The notes beneath the pieces are model-generated. The model had not been told where the DNA came from. It did no database searches and saw nothing but the letters and a program-made list of their open reading frames with translations. Positions 12,001 through 22,769 of a DNA stretch of 64,000 nt are shown in pieces. The translations under genes and the position numbers were made by a program. Source of the DNA: Hypanus sabinus (taxonomy: Eukaryota); NCBI RefSeq assembly GCF_030144855.1, contig NC_082722.1, forward strand, positions 27,714,001 to 27,778,000. Reading direction: 5' to 3'. How positions within the stretch are numbered: the first letter of the stretch is position 1; each line of letters begins with the position of its first letter.

Positions 12001-15000
12001 CGAAATGAGGAAGAGATTCTCTTTTGAATGGCATTTTAGCCTTTTTGCACAGTTGGGCTTGCGGCGGGCGTTAGCTTTGGAAAGTTGGCTATTTTGCATT
12101 TCGTATCAAGACTGAGCTACAAAACCCAAAATATCACAGATTTCTATAGTACCAATGCACATGGAGTTTAATATTCTGGTTGCTCAACTGCTTAGGGAGT
12201 GTTCTTGGTCTTGGGATTGAGCTTTCCAGTCAGAAACATTCAGTAATAGAGCTTTCCCCAGAATGTGAACCATTCCAGCAACAGATCCCCCGTATTGACT
12301 GTGGCAAAACAACTCCCCCGTGAAACAGCCAGGAACGCAAATGCAAACTCATATAGTTCCATTCTTTCTAAAACCTGAATTCCTGCATCAAAATTGCCGA
12401 TAGTGACTTGGCACAGCTATAGGATCGTTTCCGAAAATGATGAGCCCAATTTTAAGGTTTTGTAAACGTGGACTGCTTCCGCTACACCTATTATCGATGT
12501 CTAACATGGGAGATTCAATAGTTAGATTGCTTTATCTGCTTATCACAGTAGTCAGGATTTCACTGTGCCTAAAATAGCCATCCGGAGCTCACCGTTACCC
12601 GACTCCGCTTCCCACGCCTATACCGACGTCAACGTACTTGGACTTCTCAAACTTTAGGTGAAAGGCAATCCTATGGTGAGGGGGGGGGGAACCGAAGGGC
12701 TTCTGCAGATTCACTCAGCATAAAGGGATAGCGACAGAAGAGATTGATCCATCTGAAGATCAGCGGGTTCAACGATGCATGGGGCCGAAAGAGATGGGAG
12801 GGGGGGTGAGATCTGATACATATCAGTTTGTATTTATTCGGGAGATGTACACAGAGACTCCACAACTAAAGAAAACCAGAAGCAATTTCATGGCCCATAT
12901 ACGGATTAGAGCCTTGAGGAAAATTAGGGTGCAGAACTACCCAAACATGGCAAGGTGTCCATTCTGTCCTCGGTGGAAGCTGGTGCAGAAAGTGAAAAGG
13001 CCCCGATAGAGCTATTCAGAATGTCCTTACTCGTGGGTGAGGTGCTGGAAGACTAGTGTATAACTAATGATTCAAAACCATATAACTGTTGGATATAGGA
13101 GCCAAATTAGGCTATTTGGCCTACATTGTTAATTTTTCTGTGCCATTTCATCACAGCTAATAATTTCCTCTCAGACCCCAGTCTCCTGCCATCCACGTAG
13201 CTGCTTATGCCTTAACCAATCAAGAAGTTACGTCCTAACCTCTGCTTTAAATATCCATAAAGACTTGGTCTCCATAGTTGCCTGTGGCAAAAAAAAAGTC
13301 CGCAGGTTCTACCGTCTCTAGCAATAGGCATTCCGCTTCATCTCCTTTTTAAAAGGATGCCCCTCTATTCTGAGGCTACGTCCTGTGGTCCTATATTCTC
13401 CCACAGTAGGAGACATCGTCTCCACATCCACTCTATCAAGTACTTTCACTTTTCAATAGGTTTCAATGCAGTCGTCCCCATCTTTATCTGAATTCTAGTG
13501 AAAATAAGCCCAGATGCATAAAATGCTCTCATATGACTAGCTTTTTAATTCTGGAATCATTGTTCCGAGCCTCCTTCAAACCCTCTCCAGTTTCAACACA
13601 TTATTTCCAAGATAAGGAGTGTGAAACCACTCACAATGTATCATCACGTCTCATCAGTGCTTTATAAAGTCTCAACATTACATCCTTGCTATTATATTCT
13701 CGTGCTCTTGAAATGAATGTTCTTATTGCATTTACATTCATGACCACAGACAAAAGCTACAACTTAACGTATGGAATACTGCACACGGACTCGGAAGTCC
13801 CTTGGCTCCGCCATGTTTTTGTAGTTTCTATCCAGTTAAAAAATAGTCAAAACTTTCATACCCTCCACCAAAGTGCATGACCACACATTTCTCGACACTG
13901 CATTCCATCTGCCACTTATTCGTCTATTCTCCTAATCTGTCTAAGTCCTTCTGTAGCTTCTCTATTTCCTAAAAAAAACCTACCTGCCTGTCCGCCTCCC
14001 TTCATGTCGTCTGCACACATTGCAACAGAGCCATCAATTCCATCATCCATATAATTGACATATCACCTTAAAAGAATTGGTCACAACACAGGCCCCTGTG
14101 GAAGACCATTAGTCACAGGGCTCCCTTTATTCTCATTCTTCATCTCTTACCAAACAGCCATTGCTTTATCCAGCCTAGAATCTTTCCTGCAATACTTTGG
14201 AGTCGTAGCTGCTTCAACAGCTTGGGCATGGTACCTTGTCAAAGGCCTTCTGAAAAACCAAGTATACAACAACCGATTCTACCTATCTTTATCTATCTTG
14301 CTTTACATTCGTTTAAATAATTCAATCAGATTTGTCTGGCGAGAGTTTCCCTTCAGGACATCATGCTGAATATGGCGTGTTTTATTATGTGCCTCCAAGT
14401 AACCTAATCCTTAATAACGGACTTCAACATCCTGTCAATCGGTGAGGTAGTGTCACTGGCCTGCAGTTCCCTTTTCATGCTTCTCTGCCTACTTGCAGAG
14501 TGGAGTGGCATTTGGAATTTTCTAGTCTATCAGAACCATTTAAGAATCTAGCAATTCTTGAAAGACCTTTAATAATGCCTCCACAATCTCATCAGCAACT
14601 TTTATCAGAATCGCGGGATGTACATCATTTGTCTAGGCGACTTACCTACTGTCAGCCCTCTCAGTTTCCCAACAACTTGCTCTCCAATTATGTCTCTAGT
14701 TCTGCCTTTGCTCAAGATGGACTTTCAGAATAGGCGGGGGTATTATAAACCAGTTGGTATTACAGAAAAGTGGGTAATTTATTGGAAGATATTCTAAAGA
14801 ATGAGATATATGAATATTTAGATAGACTGGGCTTCATTCAGAATAGATATCATTGTTTTGTGCAAGGTAGTCTGCGTCTAACCAAACTTAATGAGCTTTC
14901 CGAGGGGGTTACCATGGAACTTGATGAAGGATAACAGTGGATATGGTCAGCATGGATTTTAGCAAGTGCTTTGGAGAAGTTCTGCTTGGGGGGGCGGTGG

Positions 15001-16830
15001 GCGGATCAAGTACGATCGCTTGGCTTTCAGGATGAAGAAGTAAGTTGTATCTAACGTTGGCTTCATGGTTGAAGCCAGAGTATGACAGTAGATGGTTGTC
15101 TCTGAACGAAGGCCTTTGACTAGTGCTGTGTGGCATGGTTCTCAAAGCTTGCAGCATCTTATCTACCAGGTGGGCTGAAAATGGCAGACAGAACTTAATG
15201 AAAGTAATTGTAAGTTGTTGCATTTTGAGAATACAAACAGTCTCGGATATACACAATGAACGAGACTGGCATTGAGTAGTGCGGTAAAACATGTATCTTG
15301 GAATATAGATCGATAGTTCATTGAAAGTGGAGTCAAAGGCGGATGGTATCGTTAAGATAACCTTTCTCATATTGGCTTTCATATATCAGAGTATTAAGTG
15401 TAGAAGTTAGGATGCTATGCTGAAGTTGTATTCGATTCTAGTGAGAACAAATTCGGAGTATTGTTCGCAATTCTGTTGACCTATCTGCAGGAGATTTATC
15501 AATATGATTGAATTAGTATAAAGAAAACTTACAAAGCGGTGGCATGAGTTTGAGGACATGAATTATGAGGAAAGGTTTAACAGGTTAGGATTGTTTTTTC
15601 CATCACTCTTAAGAGAACGAGCGAACATTTGATAGAGGTATAGAACATTGTGAGGAATGTAGATATGGTGCATGTAAGCGTACTTCATCCACTGAGGTTG
15701 GGTGAGAATATAATTGGAAGTCATAGCTTAAGAGTGAAATGAGAAGTATTAAAGGCGAACCTGAGGGGAAACGTCTTCACTCAGACCCTGATGCTATTGT
15801 GGAATGAGCTGCCAGCGGAGGTGTTTAATTTGGGTTTGCGCTCGCAAATAACCCTATATTACCCTATCAAAATTCACCTCAATATTGAGAGGGCTGTATT
15901 TGTCCCCATTTTGTATGGTGAAAGAAGTATAGATTTGTTCATCCTGCTAATCCTGCATGATAAAGATTGGAATGACAATTTACAGTGCATGTGTCAAATT
16001 GTTACCTGATGTTGGAATTAACTCGTTTGGAGCTGGGTATTATTCCTCTCTACTTGTTGATGCGGAAATGGAGCATCTTACTAATGCATAGAGATTATTC
16101 TATAGAAGTATTAATATTTTGCGCCCTCTGTGATGACGAATCGAGTTATCCAACTCCAGCTATTCATATTGATGTTTAAATTATTTCACACTACTGCTTG
16201 TAAAACAATCCTAAACTTGCTTGATGAAAAATGCACAGAGCCGAAAATCTCGAAACAGCCACACTCACCAAACACAGTGAGCTTGGTGCCACTTCCTTTC
16301 CCGAATGATTTTTGCTGATACTTTGCTTCACAGTAATACATTCCGGAGTCGGGAAATTTGACATTCCAGAGTACAAGTGTTCCCCTTCCCCTTTCTACAG
16401 TAAATTGTCTTCTTTTGTTCCATTCTAAAAATAACTTCTCGCCTTCCCTCCACCAACGAACGTCAACAAAATTATTTGATAGTGGAAATTTACAGTACAT
16501 GGTAACATTCGCACCAGGCGGGACGGCCAGGTCCGGAGGCAACTGAGATACTTTGCTCGCAGTTACTTTGACGGCTGCCGGAAAAATAAGCAAGAATGTT
16601 AGTAACGGTTAAACACAATGAATTAACAAAAACTAAAGACGTAAGTCACTGGACATCTAAGCGAAAGACAAACGAATAGCTGAAACACTGTAAGCAGATT
16701 TGCTGCGGGAACCGAGGATTAAATATTCTAAAATAGAATATTCGGTTCGGAAGCGGCATGTATAAATCAGCATACTTAGCCAAGTAATAGCCAGAATTGC
16801 CATGTACGAAACCGTAAATTTCTCCGACAT
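8919..16830 (-). CDS. Spliced IgSF receptor gene: leader - V(J-fused) - C1 - TM. PRARP/VJC1-, NKp30- or SIRP-like. Cytoplasmic exons unresolved.
   Basis: Four exons (55+306+294+99 nt) with GT/AG ends and phase-1 introns join in one open frame: MSEKFTVSYMAILAITWLTVKVTA-SKVSQLPP...YYCEAKYQQKSFGKGSGTKLTVF-APPTPLEIV...YTCLVSHVSLTVPAGFSYILEQ-GADTRLILACAVGGSAILVLIIVLLILKLKRSH. Confidence 0.88.
10030..10850 (+). mobile_element. L1/Tx1-type LINE ORF2 C-terminal fragment (C1-TM intron)
   Basis: Translates EKWEKILQLVNTFSICARDPLIQFKVIHKTHVSKDKLVRFYFRINPLCDSCNSEVASLIQMF*S (decayed zinc-knuckle) and IWFQFRKF. Confidence 0.8.
10874..10922 (-). other. Partial duplicate of the 3' end of the C1 exon (remnant or cryptic exon)
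   Basis: 41/49 nt identical to 11329-11377 by hand alignment. Keeps the donor (CAAG|gtaaaa) and is preceded by AG (ataaag|CATGTC). Confidence 0.85.
11329..11622 (-). CDS. Ig C1-set exon
   Basis: Acceptor ttttttttactcaag|CT and donor CAAG|gtaaga; 294 nt. C1 motifs: LLCKTAAFYPEKLEIEW, DGLYEAFSLL, YTCLVSHVSL. Confidence 0.95.
12900..15840 (+). mobile_element. CR1 RT region (about 12900-13060 plus 14730-15840) split by an antisense CR1 (about 13075-14730)
   Basis: The plus copy breaks after gggtgaggtgctggaagact and resumes with the following RT blocks. The middle block is a reverse-strand CR1 from 3' tail to RT start. Confidence 0.7.
16269..16574 (-). CDS. Ig V-set exon with in-exon J-like G strand
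   Basis: Acceptor ttttccggcag|CC and donor TTTG|gtgagt; 306 nt. B-strand Cys (VTMYC), C-strand Trp (VRWWR), DSGMYYC, and FGKGSGTKLTV in the same exon. Confidence 0.95.
16776..16830 (-). CDS. Leader (signal peptide) exon of the IgSF gene
   Basis: ATG at 16830 gives MSEKFTVSYMAILAITWL, then phase-1 donor A|gtatgc. A 201-nt intron leads to the V exon, whose first codons (T)VKVTA complete a plausible cleavage site before SKVSQ. Confidence 0.72.
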
Positions 16831-19800
16831 CTTACAGAAACCGTATCGACCAATTCCTGTAACGCAAGTGGTATTTTAAAGAATTTGCTGGAGGAAAAGA
16901 ACTTCGTGAGGAAACGTATTAATCATGTAAACATGGCGTAGGATGACGCAACCGCAATGCAGAATAATGTGGTTCCGATTTAAAGTCTGTCTGGGCTGGG
17001 ACGGAGATAAGAACGCTTACAGATCTAATTATTTACATGGCCTTCCCAGTACTTTCGTGACTGTGCTGAACATTTTGCCCTCTTGCTGAATTCAGAAATT
17101 ATCCAAATCTTTATTGAGATATTAATTCAAATCTGTAAGCTGCACATTTTGATGGTAAAGATGGATATCCGTTTAGGAGTTGAAAAATGTCTAATAAGAC
17201 AGGCAGACAAAACTAATAACAAAATTTCTTCATTCCAATTTACCTTTGCAGTTTTGCTGCACTTAAATTATATCCCGTCGGTCAAATGGCACCCGACTGT
17301 TTTTTTTCCAGTAAAGCAGTTGCGCTCATGCGTCCAAAAGGCTTTAAGCCGCGACGGTAAGGACAGTGTTACATAAATGAAAATTTTGTTTCTCATAATA
17401 ATTTCCTTAAGGTTTGACTTATGAACTACTGCTTAATGTCCGTATTGCAAAACAACAAAGAAATTGATGAAGGAGACTGGTTTGAACAGCAAGTGCTTTC
17501 CTTCGGACGTCGTCATGCATACGTCTCCGGTACAATGTATAATTTTGGATTCTGAGCATTAATGACAAAGAAAACGACATACGGTCGCATATTCGGCCTA
17601 TTACTTCAGCAATTGTCATGCAATTTCAATGCTTAAGTTTCATGAAACAAAAGCATATAATGCGAAACCTACACAAATCTATTCCGGTGACAGATTTCAG
17701 AATGTTTACTCAAAGTAGGCCGCATAGTACTCAGGTTCCTTACTCGCTGCTGTGAGCAGCTCGCACGTAGAACTCAGCGAAAAGCAGTAAGAAATTCTGT
17801 CTGTGATAGAAATAGATTCCGGGTATAGGATGTTGATCACATAACTAGAGAGCTTAGAGTTTAAACAGCAAGTTATTCAGTTTAATGATGGCTGAGATTC
17901 AAGAGGTACTGTGATAAAATCTATAAAGGGCGCATCGATGAAGCCTCAAATGATTGATTGCAGTTCCGAGGTTCCTTTTTAAATCCAATAAACACGAGCA
18001 GTTGCGTTGGGGGAAATGCTGCTATTTCAAATATCTCCTATATTTCTACAAAGTAAACGGGAGAAAATAGGATAGTCCATCGAGCAAACAGTTTAACCCG
18101 ATACGGGAAAAAAATGGTTAACACGCACCCATGTGTCTAACCTGGCAGGGTAAATTGCTATCCATTTATTCAATGACAACACTGAATATTCAAGAGCATC
18201 TTGGTTGGCGATGAAACAATACCGAACTTCCATGCTTCTCCTAAGAATGGAGTCATGTTTCTGATTACCTTGTCAAACACCACGCCATTCTGAGCAGTCA
18301 TGTTTCCGAATTTCCACGAAGCTGTGGGGATGTTATGCCTTTTTCATAAATTTTGTCACCATTATTAAATTGTATCTCCTGTCCTCTCAGATCTGAAATT
18401 TTCTAGCTGCTTGTCACAGGTAACACACATTTTGTCTATTGGATCCCACGGGATGGAATTGACGTCTGTTTGTTGAGGAGTTTAGACGGCAGGGGATATG
18501 GACATTGTGAACATTATACTGCAGTGGTTCTGGGTGAATCGTGAGAGACAATTCTAATGGAAGTCAGCTTAGTTTTACGTTAAAGATAATTTAAGATGCC
18601 GAATATAAAAATGTGTCTTCGGCAGAATACACTATTTCCAGAAGGTAAGTTTTCGGTCGCGATTTCCGCCTTCATCTTCGGATATACTTTCTCGACACAT
18701 AAATACCAAAGATGAGAGTACTGCGATTAGTTCCCCATGAACCACTCTCTGTTCTCCATTAGTCTATTCTTCATGGTGTGTGAGAACAGAACGGTAACTT
18801 GGACCATTTACTGAGCACTTAAAAACAAACTGGCTGATTTAAAAAATGGCTTCGTTTGAACAAGTTTGGGATTGTGGTGGTAGCTCTTGGGTAAAAATTG
18901 AATAAGACTGCCGATACATTTTCTTTTTTAAATGCTTTAGAGATAACCCCTACATCTCTATGTTTTCACCAGAATAAATTTGTTCACCTTTAACGGGGGC
19001 GGGAAAGCACAGGAAAGTAGAAGACATTTTGTTCTCTTTTCAACTATTCTATTTATTGTTTTTATTTCAAATGCTTGAATACAAGACAATCTCAGAAAAA
19101 TCGATGTTTTTAAATGTCAAGCTCAGCGCTGGTTAGGCCAAAGGATTGACTGTAAGTCTAGATTTCTAATTTGTGAGACAATTTTATCCACCGGACAAGA
19201 TAATCCTCTGTAATATGGCGCCTTTAAATGCCTCTGCCCTCATTACAAACATATTCCGAAATGTTTTCAACAAGGTTCTTTTTGGATAAATGTTTCAACT
19301 TTGGATAAATTATTATTCTTTAATGGGTAATAGAGAGCTGAATTGAAGTTAGTTGACTGTAAAGTTAAAGCTACTGTTTGATACTACTGTGTGGAAGACA
19401 TCGGAATCAATCAGCAAGTCACACAGCCTCTGCTGTGAAGTAGAAATAGGACGAAGACTTCAAGTTGATAATTTTTCACAAAGTCGTGCAAAGAAATTAT
19501 TTGTATTTTCACTTTTTCATAGAAGTTTCCCAATGCTTAACTTTGGATTGGAAACATCTGTAATCCTGTGTTCCATTAATTACCCTCCTTTCCAATAAAT
19601 GATCTAACTTGATATGAGCCGAATACAAAGCGACATGACGACATTCCTGCCCCTTTCATACAGCAGTATTGTGGAAAACTTTAGATCAAGAGGCAATTCT
19701 CGACATTGCCACTTCATGTCATGTCTCCCAGTTCCTTGTTCCCTTAACACGTTTTTGAATATAACAATGGACCAGTACAGCACAGGAGTAGGACCTTCGG

Positions 19801-20179
19801 CTAAGCTGTCCGTTCCGAACCCGATGTCAAATTAAACTAAATGTCGACTCGTTCGGTCCCTCATTTAATTAATCAGAAAGGAGAATGCTTTCCCACTGAA
19901 ATCGGTTTACAATGTCGTTTAATCTGCAAAGTTATTGGTTCTCCATGCAATGCTCTCAGAAAATGACACACACAAAACTACTAATTAGTTAGATCTTTTT
20001 AAGAATCCTTTCGTATAAGTATTTCCAGAATGAACATAGCACAGAAACAGGAAGTATAGACGTTGCAGCACAACTTGAGAAACATCTAGCTGACAGAAGC
20101 AAAATACCAAATTGGTTGCTTAAATTAAACTTATTGACCTAATCTTAAATGTCAAGTGTGATAACACGAGCTCTCTTTC

Positions 20180-20760
20180 CCATTCTGATATGTCTATTCA
20201 TGGCCTCCTCTACTGTCAAGATTAAACCACGCTCAGGTTGAAGAAACAACACCTTATATACCGTCTGGGTAGCCTCCAACCTGATGGCATTAACATCGAC
20301 ATCTTTAACTTCCGTTAATACCCCTCCTCTCCTTATTACCCCTTCCCTAATTTATTTATTTCCCCCTCCCCTTTTTTGTTCTCTCTCTGCCCATCACTCT
20401 GCCTGTTCTCCATCTCCCTCTGGTGCTCCCTTCCCCCTTTCTTTCTCTTTAGGCCACCCGTCCCATGATCCTTTACGTTCTCCAGCTCTGTATCTCTTTT
20501 GCCAATCACCTTTCCAGCTCTTAGCTTTACCCCACCCCCTCCGGTCTTTTTCTATCATTTCTCATTTGCCCCTCCCGCTCCTACTTTCAAATCCCTTACT
20601 ATCTTTTCTTTCAGTTCGTCCCCACGAACGGTCTCGGCCCGAAACGTTGACAGTGCTTCTTGCTATCAATACTGCCTGGCCCGCTGCGTTCCACCAGCAT
20701 CTTGTGTGTGTTGCTAGAATTTCCAGAATCTGCAGATTTCCTCGTATTTCCTCTCTGCTG
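20180..20760 (+). mobile_element. Penelope-like element 3' fragment
   Basis: ctgggtagcctccaacctgatggc block, pyrimidine-rich body, ggtctcggcccgaaacgttgac motif and terminal ccagcatcttgtgtgtgttgc. Confidence 0.8.
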
Positions 20761-21239
20761 CATACAGGTTTTAGAGTGGAGTAATCTTTGACCACGGATT
20801 TTCCATGATGTTGCCAGCAGACTCACGCGTGCAATTCTATTCTCAGGTAGCGTATTCGTTCCCATGAACACAAGGTGCAAATGCATTCTTGCTAAACTGA
20901 CAGATAAATTAAAATTCTATTCGGAACTGATTTTTTTCGAAAACCTGCAGAAGCACGCATGCAAATATTTGTATTTCTGAATAATAAACAGGAATTGAAA
21001 ACATATCTATTTTGAGAGGACATGAAACTTGGTCGGAATTTAACAAAAGCAGATTGTCTTTCAAATCGGCAGATAAAATAAGAAAGGAAACACAACAATG
21101 TACTCACGACTTGCGAAGTTAATTTAAATACTTGGATTCCTAATTCATTAATGTAGATTTGGCAGTCCAGAAACACAATGCTGAGAAAAGAAAGTATATT
21201 GAAGCATAAATTATGTTGATCTTCCTGCACATTCTAACC

Positions 21240-22289
21240 CATGCATGGGCAAACTACTGTCCGGGGGCCATATGCGGCCCGTTAAGCTTTTTAATCCGGC
21301 CCGCAAAACTTGATGAAATTATATTAATAAACCTTGTTAACGTTTCTTCCCCGCAATTCTGTCGTTTTCCCAATAGATGACGCACTCTATATACATTGAC
21401 CTTTGTTGAGGTGCAGCGTATTACTCCACATTACTCTTTACTCTTTGTTCGGCTCGACCTATTTGTGTGAACAGGCGTTCAGCGTCATGAACATCAACAA
21501 AGCCAGCCACATATCCAAGTTAACTGACCGACACCTCAGATCCATCCTGTGAATCGCCACAACAAAACTAAATCCAGACTTTGATGCGCTGACTAAAAAG
21601 GGAGACCAACAACACTGTTCCCACTGAAATTAAAAATAAGTTTCTTCGTTGTGTTATGTAAAAAATGCATTTGAAAATATTTTTTCAATAAGCCTTACAT
21701 GTTACATGTCATTTCTGTTAAGTGATGGACATGAGTAGTGCGCAGGTGCACGTACGTTCTCAAAATGAAAAAATGCGCTCCAGATCAAATAACGCGCTCC
21801 GCATACTGGCGCGCTGTCAGTGTTCTGTCATTGTGTGGGTCGTTGTTGAGTTTTGGCACAGGGGACAATTGAATAAGAAGGAGCAGGACAAGTAGACCTG
21901 CATCTCCTACCGTTTTTGAAATAAAGACAGTCAGGAAGAGAGTGATGATGATAATATCTTGAAGGATAACAGAATTTTCAGTGCTTTAAAATAATAACTG
22001 TTACTATTAAAAAAAAGCTGTATTTTATTCATTTAATTTTCAGTGTTTTAAAAGTCATTTCAATAAATAGCTAAATGCCATGGGACTTCAAAGACAGATA
22101 TTTTGTTGTAATGCATTTGTTCATTTTCAATTGAAATTAAAGCACATGTTTTCTACATTTCCCATGATATTTTATTTTCTCTTATGAGGTGTATTACCAA
22201 AACACTCCGTCCATCTGCTCCTGGTCCGGCCCGCTGTTAAATTTTAGAACCCTTTGTAGCCCACAAGTCAAAAAGTTTGCCCACCCCTG
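21240..22289 (+). mobile_element. Non-autonomous hAT (Charlie/SPIN-type) DNA transposon
   Basis: Perfect 8-bp TSD TTCTAACC (21232-21239, 22290-22297). TIRs CATGCATGGGCAAACT and AGTTTGCCCACCCCTG. Transposase C-terminal remnant TDRHLRSIL*IATTKLNPDFDAL at about 21520-21630. Confidence 0.92.
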
Positions 22290-22769
22290 TTCTAACCTGT
22301 TCTGCTGAATATTCCGTGAATTCCTTATTCAATAGTCCAGCAAGTTGGACCATTAGTCTTTTTGATATCTGTTCTATTAGGCCACTTTATATTCCTTAAA
22401 TACGGAATTTTATTCAGTTTCTTATGCTACCATAACCCGCAAGGGTCCTGAGCCCCCACAGGTGTAAATGATCAGCCAGATGAGTATGCCATTGGGAACA
22501 GCTATCAACGGCTGAGACAGCTGACGTGAAAGGAGTGTTGGGGAGGTCAAGCTAGGTACGGATTCTGGAGGGTGATAAGCAGAAAGGCAAAGGCTATCAG
22601 TTCTGGAATCTAACAAAGGAAGACAATGGGGACCGTTAGAGGAGAGGTGAAGGGCAGAAACAGCCAGGACCAGATAGCGGATGGGGAAGACTTTGTGAAA
22701 TACCTTTATCCTGGATGGATGCAACAACTGGGTAGCAAAGTTTTTCGGAAGTGTTGCTTCTTCAGTTGC

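Noticed and set aside
12190-12680. Short minus-strand frames and an AG-GT segment in the V-C1 intron
   Set aside because: Stops in the relevant phases and no Ig pattern.
16273-16279. CACAGTG RSS-like heptamer at the end of the V exon
   Set aside because: It is the reverse complement of the L-T-V codons, and no nonamer lies at 12- or 23-bp spacing.
17744-17800. AG-GT segment with a hydrophobic frame (NFLLLFAEFYVRAAHSS) as a possible leader
   Set aside because: The hydrophobic frame is phase 2, incompatible with the V exon, and has no ATG. 16776-16830 fits better.
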